Origin: Yuukianura sp. NJ FZ-2021
Taxonomy: Eukaryota
NCBI GenBank assembly: GCA_046563655.1
Contig: CM102286.1
Coordinates: 8,804,001 to 8,868,000 of the forward strand
Length of the DNA stretch: 64,000 bases
Reading direction: 5' to 3'
The translations under genes were made by a program, and so were the position numbers. The notes beneath the pieces were generated by a model. The model worked only from the letters and a program-made list of their open reading frames with translations, was not told the origin of the DNA and did no database searches. This document shows positions 50,231-60,000 of the stretch, in pieces (the first letter of the stretch is position 1; each line of letters begins with the position of its first letter).

Positions 50231-50710
50231 ATGAGGCAAAAGTACGTGTTCCATCACGAACATTATTATAATACTTTGAGGGACCAAATTGGGCATGGTA
50301 TCCCTGTATTTCATGGTGTGCGTCAGAGAGGAGGAGGCATTGGTTCTATCTTGGGGGGTTTGGCAAAATATGCTTTACCAATCATTATGAAGTGGATCAT
50401 CCCGCACGCACGACAAGCGGCGGCTAAAACTGTAAGTGAAGTTACTGGTGGAACTCATTCAGTTAAAAGTGCTCTCAAGAAAAACAGCATTGGCTTCCTC
50501 AAAGACGTCGGTACCGACTTGCTGAATTCTGCAATTAGGGGTCAAACCGGGAAAGGGGTTCGTTCTAAAGCGAAAAAGACTTATACCAAAAAGAAACCCC
50601 GAAAACAAAGTAAGAAGGTTAAAACGAAATCCGTTGCGAAGAAAAGGAAGGCTTCGTCATCTTCAAAAAAAAGTACATCCAAGAGATCAAAGCTTGACAT
50701 ATTTGCATAA
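50231..50710 (+). CDS. Polinton putative core protein with QxGxG motifs and a Lys-rich C-terminus
   Basis: QIGHGIPVFHG..QRGGGIGSILGGL resembles a conserved Polinton ORF. An alternative in-frame ATG lies at 50123. Confidence 0.7.
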   Translation: MRQKYVFHHEHYYNTLRDQIGHGIPVFHGVRQRGGGIGSILGGLAKYALPIIMKWIIPHARQAAAKTVSEVTGGTHSVKSALKKNSIGFLKDVGTDLLNSAIRGQTGKGVRSKAKKTYTKKKPRKQSKKVKTKSVAKKRKASSSSKKSTSKRSKLDIFA

Positions 50711-52008
50711 TGTCACTCCTTCACTCAAGGTCTAAGCCAGCGATTCGGGGTGAAGTTGATTTGTTTTCGATCCCCGCAACAGATACTACCTGCGATTATA
50801 GCATGTATGAAGAATATCAACCTGTAGTGAACGTTCAAGACTCTTCTAACAAAATTGAGTTTAAGATTCCCGGGAATGGGAATCATTATTTGGATTTAGC
50901 AGATAGTTTCTTGCGGATCAAGCTGAAGGTAGCTCAGAAGAACGGATCACCATTGGGGACAGACTCGACCGTTGGAACAGTTAACTTGTTCATGCATGCA
51001 CTATTTTCTCAGCTTGATATTTACTGCAATGAAAAACTGGTATCCACTAGCAACAATGGGTATTCTTACAGAGCATACATCGAAACGTTATTGTGCTATG
51101 GGAAAGATTATAAGAGCTCTCAAGGCGGATGTGCCCTTTATTACGAAGATACGAATGGTGGAATTGCGGATTCATCAAATACTGGATGGGAAAAACGGAA
51201 ATCTTACATCAGTGAGTCCAAAACCGTAGAGTTAATTGACAAACTCAGGTTTAATCTGGCAAACCAACATCGTTACATTCTGAATGACGTCAACGTAAGA
51301 ATTTGCCTGACAAGATCTTCAGATTCGTTTGCACTTTTCTCAAAGACGAAAGGCGAGGAAGGTACAATCAAGCTCCTGTCAGCAACTTATTATATTCGTA
51401 AGCAAGTTCCATTCCCGAGCATAATTCTGGCACACCAAAGGCTCCTAGAAAAGGGGGAGATAGCCCAATACCCATTTAAAGCAACAGAAATGAAGTACTT
51501 CACTATCGCACAAGGAAATTCGTCAGCATTGGAGGAGAATCTGTTTGCGAACACTGTGCCCAGTCGCATTGTGATTGGATTTGTAGACAGTTTAGCCTTT
51601 AACGGAGACGTCAATTCAAATCCTTTTCGGTTCCATCATTTTCACATCAAAACGATTTCCATATCTGTCAACAACGTTTCAATACCAATACGTCCCTTGA
51701 CACTAGATTTTGCAACAGATGATTGTCTTTTGGCGTACTACCTACTTTTCACGAGCACAGGGATTGCAGGTCAAGACGTTGGACTATCATTTGGGCGTGA
51801 GGAGTATAAAGAAAACAACGCACTCTTTACATTCGACATTCAGCAACCCACGGGAAATGAATCATTGCTTCACTTAGAAAAATCTGGAAACGTAAAAGTT
51901 GAAGTTCAATTTGGCGTAGCGTTGGAGAAGTCAGTTCATTGTATCGTCCTATCTGAACATCAAGGGGTTCTGGAAATCGATAAGTTCAGACAAGCAGCTG
52001 TGCAATGA
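50710..52008 (+). CDS. Polinton major capsid protein (double jelly-roll; PY)
   Basis: 432 aa with EVDLFSIP, IEFKIPG..YLDLADSFL, HALFSQLDI, NGYSYRAYIETLL, PSRIVIGFV and NPFRFHHF, as in Polinton MCPs. Confidence 0.88.
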   Translation: MSLLHSRSKPAIRGEVDLFSIPATDTTCDYSMYEEYQPVVNVQDSSNKIEFKIPGNGNHYLDLADSFLRIKLKVAQKNGSPLGTDSTVGTVNLFMHALFSQLDIYCNEKLVSTSNNGYSYRAYIETLLCYGKDYKSSQGGCALYYEDTNGGIADSSNTGWEKRKSYISESKTVELIDKLRFNLANQHRYILNDVNVRICLTRSSDSFALFSKTKGEEGTIKLLSATYYIRKQVPFPSIILAHQRLLEKGEIAQYPFKATEMKYFTIAQGNSSALEENLFANTVPSRIVIGFVDSLAFNGDVNSNPFRFHHFHIKTISISVNNVSIPIRPLTLDFATDDCLLAYYLLFTSTGIAGQDVGLSFGREEYKENNALFTFDIQQPTGNESLLHLEKSGNVKVEVQFGVALEKSVHCIVLSEHQGVLEIDKFRQAAVQ

Positions 52009-52568
52009 ATACCACAGAAATCCGGAATATTCTTAGAAGAGGCAGCAAAAACTCATACCAGACGGCGGTACTACCCTCCGACAAGTTAAATGCAGTCACT
52101 TCAGACCAATTTGCAATTGTGGCAAACTCTCAAACATCTAAAGAGCCAGGCATGCACTGGATAAGTATGTTTAAAAAACGAGGAAGTAATGAGGTAGAGT
52201 TTTTCGATAGTTGTGCCATGCCAATTGAATTTTACAACACTAGTTTTGTCAGTTTTCTTTTTTCAAAGAGCAATGTCATCAGAATGAGTAAATTTAGGGT
52301 ACAACCTGAGCATAGCAACGCTTGTGGGCAATTTTCATTGTATTATCTCTTTCACAGGATTAGTGGGGAGTCGTTTGAAACAATTCTGAGTAAATTTGAC
52401 GAAATTGACTTAGTTAAAAACGACACTCTTGTTAGAAACTATTTATATGCTAACTTTGGGTACGATAACTCATTCAACATCGAGAGTGGTAGCAACCACG
52501 ATATCCGTACTGAGGTGCAGGAAATTGTGCAGTGTTGTGAAATTCTGGAAGTTCTTCTTTGCTTGTAA
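52005..52568 (+). CDS. Adenain-like cysteine protease
   Basis: Catalytic H-D-C arrangement: GMHW...EFFDS...Q..SNACGQF. Confidence 0.92.
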   Translation: MNTTEIRNILRRGSKNSYQTAVLPSDKLNAVTSDQFAIVANSQTSKEPGMHWISMFKKRGSNEVEFFDSCAMPIEFYNTSFVSFLFSKSNVIRMSKFRVQPEHSNACGQFSLYYLFHRISGESFETILSKFDEIDLVKNDTLVRNYLYANFGYDNSFNIESGSNHDIRTEVQEIVQCCEILEVLLCL

Positions 52569-52670
52569 GTGGGTAATAATTACAAATGTAATATTAATAA
52601 TAAACTTATGATTCACTAATGTTTGAAATATATGTTAATTAATAAATATTTCAAAATTTTATTGAAGACA

Positions 52671-53590
52671 ATGAAATCCAGCGTTGCAAAACAGTATAAA
52701 CGCATAGGAAGAATCGGTTATTTGGGCAGCAAAAGAGTTCTGAGTAAGTTGTGCGGAATTCCAGAATCCGAAGCTTTGAAGTTCATGCAGTCACAAGACT
52801 CATACACTCGTCACAAAAGTCGTAGATGCAAGTTCCGTAGGAGGCGAGTGATTTCACCTGGACTAAACTACCTATGGCAAGCAGACATTGTCTTCTTGCC
52901 AAAGTATACTGACGAGAACGATGGATATTCGTGTCTTCTGACTGCGATAGATGTCTTATCCAAATTCGGATTTGCTGTTCCCATGAGGTCCAAAAAAACC
53001 TGTGAAGTCATTCAAGCATTTAAAAAATTCTGTCGTCTGGAAGACGGCCAACAACACTCGAGTGTGACCAAGGTGGTGAATTTTGGTCGGCAGCTTTCAA
53101 GAAATGGGCCAAGTCACAGGGAATACTAATGTATCATAACTTCTCAGACTTTGGCTCATCTGTCGTGGAAAGATTTAACAGAACAATTTGTACTGCCATT
53201 TCTAAGCATCTGACACAAACCGGAGAGAAAAGATACATTGAAGCACTACCTTTACTATTGAAGACATACAATAGCAGGGTGCATTCTCGTACGAATCACG
53301 CCCCAAGCAATGTCGATAAATATAACGAAATGGACGTATGGCTGGAATGCTACAAGGATTTGTATATGAACCCAAAGCGCAAGCCTTCTTTAAAATTGTA
53401 CGACAGAGTCCGTTTAGATAAAACAAAGAAGATATTTGAGAAAGGTTATTGGCCAGCATTTACAACCGAAGTTTTCGAAATTGCTGAAGTTATAAATTCC
53501 ATTCCTGTGACGTACCGTGTCAAAGACCTGAATGGTGATCTAATTTCTGGTATCTATTACAGTCAAGAACTCAGCAAGATAAAGAACTAG
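52671..53590 (+). pseudogene. Polinton retroviral-type DDE integrase with a single frameshift (A run at 53022-53027)
   Basis: WQAD and IDVLSK lie in the first frame. Adding one A gives KILSSGRRPTTLECDQGGEF, continuous with VVERFNRT...FEKGY. Confidence 0.9.
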
Positions 53591-53598
53591 TTAACGAC

Positions 53599-54357
53599 AT
53601 GGCCTTCTACGCTACACTTCCGTCAAACGGCTCACGTTATTTCGCTGATAACCGAACGGCAAACTATAGGATAAAACTTCCATCAAAAGTGAAACTTGAA
53701 CCCTCGTCATACGAAGTTGGGCTCACCGAATTAACCTATATTTGTTCAATAAAAACTATAACAGGAATTGAACAAGATAACGTAATTAGGTTTACTGGAG
53801 TTAATAGAGCTGGAAAAATAGAGCTTCCAACATTTCATTATGTTGGTGTTGAGGATATAGTTCAGACAGTGAATAGGTTCTTCCGAAAACACGAAGTGCC
53901 TTGTAACCTAAAATATTATGCAGTAAAATGTCGTATTAGTTTGGAGGTTGGTGGTGGATATTCTATTGAGCTGAGCGACAAACTTTCTGATATTTTGGGT
54001 TTTAATGGGGAAACCGAATTTAACTCTAACCTACCGGAAGGATCATCGTCAGCTTATTACATAGCACCATTCAGACCCGATTTGCTTGGAGGGAGGTACC
54101 ACATGTTTATTTATTGTGACATAATCGAATCTCAAATCGTCGGTTCTTCGTTTGTTCCTCTTCTACGTATGGTTAATATCATTGGAAACGAGGGACAAGC
54201 AGTAACTCAAACTTTTGCACATCCGTTCTACCTACCAGTTTCTCGAACAGAATTCGACATCATCTCAATTCTCTTGTGCGACGAATTTGGCGAGGAGTTA
54301 CCGATCGACAAAGGTCAGGTCACATTGACCCTTCATTTCAGAAAAGTATCCACCTAA
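53599..54357 (+). CDS. Polinton minor capsid/penton protein (PX)
   Basis: FYATLPSN...YEVGLTEL and FIYCDIIESQIVG....LLRMV...TLHFRK signatures. Confidence 0.85.
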   Translation: MAFYATLPSNGSRYFADNRTANYRIKLPSKVKLEPSSYEVGLTELTYICSIKTITGIEQDNVIRFTGVNRAGKIELPTFHYVGVEDIVQTVNRFFRKHEVPCNLKYYAVKCRISLEVGGGYSIELSDKLSDILGFNGETEFNSNLPEGSSSAYYIAPFRPDLLGGRYHMFIYCDIIESQIVGSSFVPLLRMVNIIGNEGQAVTQTFAHPFYLPVSRTEFDIISILLCDEFGEELPIDKGQVTLTLHFRKVST

Positions 54358-55077
54358 TGGAAAAGGACACGTATGAGTTCAACACCATTCAATTGCGTCA
54401 CCCGTTTACATACATTGTTGCTGGTGGGACGATGTCGGGGAAAACAACGTTTGTCTGCAAATTAATTGAAAACCTGGATCTTATGGTTACGCCAAGAATT
54501 GATGACGTAATCGTTTTTTATAAAGTATATCAAAGTGGATATGACGTAATGAAGTCATCCAACTCAAGAGTCAGCTGCATACAAGGTTTGAAGTTGGATG
54601 AAGTCTATGCACCGAATACGTTACTTATCATTGACGACCAGATGGCAGATTCACTAAAGGATAAGGCAGTTCAAGAACTTTTTACTTGTGGTGTTCACCA
54701 TAGGTAATTACACATTGTTCATTGTAAATTATCATAAGAATTTCGTCGTTCACACATTACTTTGGAATTTCAGGTCAATATCCGTTATATTCTTGTCGCA
54801 AAATCTGCTGCCTCAGGGGAAATATGCGAGGGATATTCGTTTGAATACACATTACATGACGATTTGCAAAACTCCCTCCTTCCCTTCGCAAGTGATGTAC
54901 CTGAGTAGACAACTTAATCCAAGAAAGCCTAGTGCGATTTTAACAGCATATGAAGAGGCAACTCGGAAGCCTTATTCCTACTTGTTTTTAAACTTGCATC
55001 CAAGCTGTCACGATAATTTACGAATTCAGTCAGGGATTTTTCCTACGGAAGAGCACATTGTTTACGTGCCAAGTTAA
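54357..55077 (+). CDS. DNA-packaging ATPase (A32/FtsK-HerA-like), 2 exons: 54357-54703, 54774-55077 (216 aa)
   Basis: Walker A GGTMSGKT and Walker B LLIIDD. Removing the 70-nt GT-AG intron 54704-54773 restores HHRSISVIFLSQN. Confidence 0.9.
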
Positions 55078-55088
55078 AGTACTTCAGA

Positions 55089-55436
55089 ATGACAAAGCGG
55101 TTAGTAAGGAACAGAACGTTTCTGGAAGAGGTGAAGAAGTGTAAACCGTCTAAGCGTAGAAATTTAATAAAAAAAGCTACAAAAGACAACATTGACGCCC
55201 TTTCTGAAGTCGCACTAAATACACTGCTTGGGAACGTTCCATTGAACAGGGCACATAAGAAAAAACTTCGACGACACAAGGTCAGCATCCGAAATCTAGC
55301 AAAAAAGTTTTCAATTAAAAAGAAAAAAGATTTCCTGATACAAAAAGGTGGGTTTCTACCTTTGCTGGTTACGCCTGCTTTATCTATACTTGGTGGTCTC
55401 GCAGCGAACGCCCTGAGTCATATCGTTGGTTTGTGA
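55089..55436 (+). CDS. Small basic protein with a QKGGFLPLL hydrophobic tail (reminiscent of adenovirus pX)
   Basis: Lys/Arg-rich body followed by GG-FLPLLVTPALSILGGL. Confidence 0.75.
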   Translation: MTKRLVRNRTFLEEVKKCKPSKRRNLIKKATKDNIDALSEVALNTLLGNVPLNRAHKKKLRRHKVSIRNLAKKFSIKKKKDFLIQKGGFLPLLVTPALSILGGLAANALSHIVGL

Positions 55437-56281
55437 TGTCTAAGAAAATGAAGCTAATACCACATTTAGAGTACGAAAAACTCATTGCATTACAACGGGC
55501 GCCTCAACTTTTACACAAATCGGCCGCTGTCCAACTCATACACCGAAAACACGCTGCTGCCACAAATATTCTAAAATGGAATTCGGTTTCAGACGACATC
55601 AAACTAGCTTTGTTCAATAGCATGGTAAAAGGTTTACATGAAAATATTTCGGCCTTGTCGAACATTCCACTTCGCGTCGAATCTGAAAAATTAACTAGCG
55701 AACCACAAAAACCGGTAGAAATACCTAAAAACGATGCTGAAACAACAGTAGACCAGTTACTGTACAACTGTCATCTTGCCAAATTTCTACCAAAAAAGTA
55801 CCAGGAAGTTGCTTTAAAAATCATGCAAATTCTTTCGAGTTCTGCATTCAACGACATATCCTGGGATGAAGCTGGTCAGGTTTCATATAAAGGTGTGCCC
55901 AGAAGCGGAGCAAACATCATTGAGTTGCTGACATATGTTCTTAAACCTCCGGCAAAAGTGACTCCTCCTAAAGGAATTAGAACATTTATTTATATTTTGA
56001 AGAAGGTGCACATTCCAAAGGAATTACTAGGAATTCACATTCGCAGCAAGCTGAATTTGAGCACTGTCACGTTACTCTCGCAGAGGACGCCGATGGTTGG
56101 TCAAACGGTTTTGGCAGAAGAGGAAAATGAAGATGAAGAGGAGGAGGAGGAGGAAGACGATGAGGGCAATGACCTGGAAAACGATATTAGTGATGACGTA
56201 GACGATGATGAAAGGGTTTCGGAACCGGAGGACTATCGAACTCCAGGTATAAAACCTTCGAAGTGGAGCATATTCAATTAG
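55436..56281 (+). CDS. Conserved Polinton hypothetical protein with an acidic tail
   Basis: Long ORF in a tightly packed gene run. It has an ISWDEAGQV...GANIIELL...PKG segment and an E/D-rich C-terminus. Confidence 0.7.
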   Translation: MSKKMKLIPHLEYEKLIALQRAPQLLHKSAAVQLIHRKHAAATNILKWNSVSDDIKLALFNSMVKGLHENISALSNIPLRVESEKLTSEPQKPVEIPKNDAETTVDQLLYNCHLAKFLPKKYQEVALKIMQILSSSAFNDISWDEAGQVSYKGVPRSGANIIELLTYVLKPPAKVTPPKGIRTFIYILKKVHIPKELLGIHIRSKLNLSTVTLLSQRTPMVGQTVLAEEENEDEEEEEEEDDEGNDLENDISDDVDDDERVSEPEDYRTPGIKPSKWSIFN

Positions 56282-56308
56282 TCTCATGTTAAACTCGAAA
56301 GAAGAACA

Positions 56309-57002
56309 ATGGCTGAAAGTGAAGACGAGTGTGAAATCATTGCCATGCCAGTGCTAGTGCAAACAAACGGTGGACCATATTTTAAAGACTTCTCAGACCT
56401 TGAAGTGCGATTAGCGACATATAACTCGTTTCTTCGAGACGGATTGCCTCCTTTTCAAAATATGGCAAAAGCAGGGTTTTTCTACACGGATTTTGCAGAT
56501 GCTGTGATTTGCTTCTATTGCGGATTATGCTTGACCTCTTGGTCACCACTTGATTCGCCATGGCTCGAACATCGAATTCACTCTCCGAATTGCGCCTACT
56601 TAAATTTGCATCATCCGGTCACAAATGTAATAGCATATTGTATATTACAGTTTTTAAATTTGTCTAATGAGTGTAAAATAACTGGTTATTCATTATTGAA
56701 ATCTTCTTTTAGATGCCTACGGAGGCTGAGTCAGTCGATACTAACATTCAGCAAAATATTGAAGCCGGTAAGAAGATATCTAAAAAGTCATTTGTTGATC
56801 CGATTAAAAAATTCAATAACATTTTACAGAGCTAAACAACCTCAAGGCCTTGGTACAGTGTAAGATTTGCATGACCCGCCAAGTATCCTACATGTTTGCT
56901 CCTTGCTGCCACATGGTAACGTGTCTCGAATGCTGCACTACCCAGTCAATATGTCCACTATGCCGCACAGAAGTTCGGCTTATTTTGAAAGTCTTTTTAT
57001 AA
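56309..57002 (+). CDS. Inhibitor-of-apoptosis-like protein (BIR + RING), 3 exons: 56309-56626, 56713-56767, 56830-57002 (181 aa)
   Basis: BIR: RLATY...MAKAGFFY...CFYC...W....PWLEH....PNC. RING: CKICM...FAPCCHMVTCLEC.....CPLCR...KVFL*. Both GT-AG introns preserve the frame. Confidence 0.9.
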
Positions 57003-57048
57003 TGAATGTAAGGTACATTATTACAAGTTAAACATAAAGGTTTAGGTT

Positions 57049-60000
57049 TTATTTTCTCAATAAGTAGTGACCGTACGGCATTGTTGAAATTCCGTCTTCT
57101 AGTATATATCGTTTTGAATCAAAACCATGTAATGCAGCCTTTTTCGTTTTGATATTGTAAACTTTATGTTTAAAGGAACGCATTGAGTTTGTTGAGCAGC
57201 ATAGCATCTTTTGCTTAAATAAAACTTTCTTTAACATTTCAAATGATATTGAGTTTTGTTGTATTCTTTGCGGTACTCCTTTCATTGCTGTCTTCTTAAA
57301 CACGGATTCATCATAATCTTCACCTTCAAAGCAATACGACTTCGGGGCAAGTCCAACAAACTTTGTAAGAATTTTGCCTTTAACTTCGTCTTTCATTTTT
57401 CCTGTAACACCAGCGTTTTTCGTGGAATAATTAGGATGTGAAGTCGGTAAGTTGCTGGTGTCGAACAAGTGAAGATCATTTTCAATATCCTTGTAAATAT
57501 CAGCAGTGCTAATCAAGTATGATAAGCTGTCCGTATCAGTCATCAGTAGTGTTGCATTTTCACCCCATTTTTCTTTCACATAGTCGTAATGGAAACGTGC
57601 CATATGAAGTTTGCTTAACTCTAGCACGGAAAATCCGGTGTAGATTGCCTTGTTTAGTGTAACAACTGATTTCTGCATTCGGAAGCAAGCCAGGTTTGAT
57701 CCCAAAATGTCATGTGACAGAAATTGACACTTGGATATTAACTTGGAAGCAGTTTTTCTGTCGTTCACAACTTTAACGTTCATGCGCTTTCGTACGGATT
57801 CCATCCCTTTCCCGAAGACCGCGTTAACACATAGTTTGAAGAACATTCTCTGGAAATCATTTTTGGCCATACGGCGCTGAGTGCTGTTGAACTCGACGTA
57901 AGACTTGAGCCAAGCCATTTGCCTAAATGCAAGTATTCTGGAAATTTTGTCGATCACCAAACCCTTCTGGACGTAAAATTTTAGATTTGCAACATGGCAA
58001 ATGTAGTTTTTACGAGGGTAAAAGTGACACACCAACTTATCTTGTGCCTCCATGTAGTTGATTGGGAGTTGCTCAAGCATTTTCTTTTGGACACGACTAA
58101 AATGGCGCGAGTTTACCGAAGTCTTCTCACATGCCAATGGATAGCACTTGTGTTTATTGTGCAACTCCGCTAACATATTTTTGAGGTTAAAATATATTCA
58201 TTAACCGCAAATAAATATTTATAACAACATGTACCTGGATAAGATAGATCTACTTCCAGAATATATCCAATCTCATCATCAGGATCAACGTCGTCAATTT
58301 TGAAGTTGCTGATAAGTTCTGTGGAAAAAAAATGTAGTAGAAATGGAAAAGTAGAAAAAACATTTGAATTATAAAATTTTTAATATAAAGAAAAATACCT
58401 TTGTTTAAGAAAACAAATCTGTCTACGGGTAGTTTGCTTTCCATCGCTTTCCCATATAGGTTTACCATGTCCCATAACACGATATACAGTTGATTTATAT
58501 TTCTCTCGTCACCAGTATAGTTTTTCATGTATTTGTTCTTCGCCTCTGCGTACCGATGAGATATTTGTGAAACGCCACCTAATAATTATAACCAGCAGTT
58601 TATCACAAAAGCTAAGTTGAAGAATGATTATTAGTAAATACAAATTTTATACCTCTCATTCCTTTCTCAAGGAATGTGTACATGTCGATATCGGTGAGAA
58701 GCTCCAATTTCACACCTGAAAGCTTCAACGCCGCGTCCCATGCGAGACCAGGCAAGGAGAAATAATGGACCGGATCAAGCTTGAAGTTCCGTAACGCCAT
58801 AGTCCGGAATTCTTCAAATACACAAGCCAAAAGTAGTGCGTCCGTTAACAAGTACAGATCATGGTACTCCCCAAGTGATGTCAGTCCAAAGCTTTCAAAA
58901 ACTTGTTTAGCATATACGTAGTCGGAGGTTGTAATGTGACTGTTTGTAAGCGTGTTGAAAAATTTCGATTGTGTTGGCAGAGACGGTTCATCAAATCGTT
59001 CCCAGGAGTCGATGTAATCATAAGGGTACACACCTTTTCTTGTTAGGAATTCAAATTTACTTCCGAAGACTTCCTGGAGCAATCGAAATCCAGTATTTCC
59101 ATTTTCTTTTAAGTTTGCGGTAAGTTCACTCAACGAACAATTCATGAACTGAAGGCTGTCAATGAACTTCAAAGACTCAATTGTAACCGACATGTACTTC
59201 TCCGTATTTGTAGGTATAACTTTTATATTCTTCGCACGAACATTGTTGAGTCCTTTTATTATGAGGTGGTGATCGTAGCCACTGAAGTTGTGCATCTGCA
59301 AAAAACATAACAAAGCTTATAAGTTAAAGCAAAAAGTGTTCATGAATATATGATAAATGTATGATCCTCTGACCACTACTGGAAGAATTTCCTTGTGTTG
59401 AAATTGTAGATTACAGCTATCATGTGCAGCCCCACGAAAAACACCTAATAAAAATAATTTGTATCAAACTACATTTAAGGAAACATGAATCTAATTTTTT
59501 CTGGCTTTCTTACCTGTGAGGTGATCATGGTCACGACATTTTGTCCTCCCATTTGCACCGTCAAACTCTCCACCACAAATATGACAATTTGTGCTGCTGT
59601 GAAACATCGCTTCATCGTTCTCTGTCATTTTCATAGGAACATTAATTTTGTACAGTTCCAAGACATTTTTTGCAATATGCAAAAGATCCTCAAGGAAAAT
59701 TTCAATGGCGTCCTTGCCACGATAAACGCGGTATGTCACTAACTCGCCGGTATGTTTCACCAATGCATACGCAAACCCAGTGGGAACATGTCGTTTCTCT
59801 TTGGTTATGGTGGTGCTGCTTAATGACGGACTGAGACGCTTTAGTAATGATTCAAGGTCGGCATAGACAACATATCCGGCCTTCATCTGGTTTGAAACGT
59901 TTTCAAAGCTGACTTCTGGTGGACATTCACTGCCTGACTTGGGCATTTTTATTTTCTGAAACGTGAACATTTCACAGTCAAGTCTGTGTTTATGTAACAG

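Noticed and set aside
53019..53131. Programmed -1 frameshift, or two coupled genes (TAATG at 53127), for the integrase
   Set aside because: There is no correctly phased X XXY YYZ heptamer, and the second catalytic Asp lies upstream of 53129 in the second frame. A 1-nt indel is the simpler explanation.
56627..56863. C-terminal half of the 184-aa ORF 56309..56863
   Set aside because: It is read-through of intron 1 and out-of-frame sequence. The spliced model gives a canonical RING instead.
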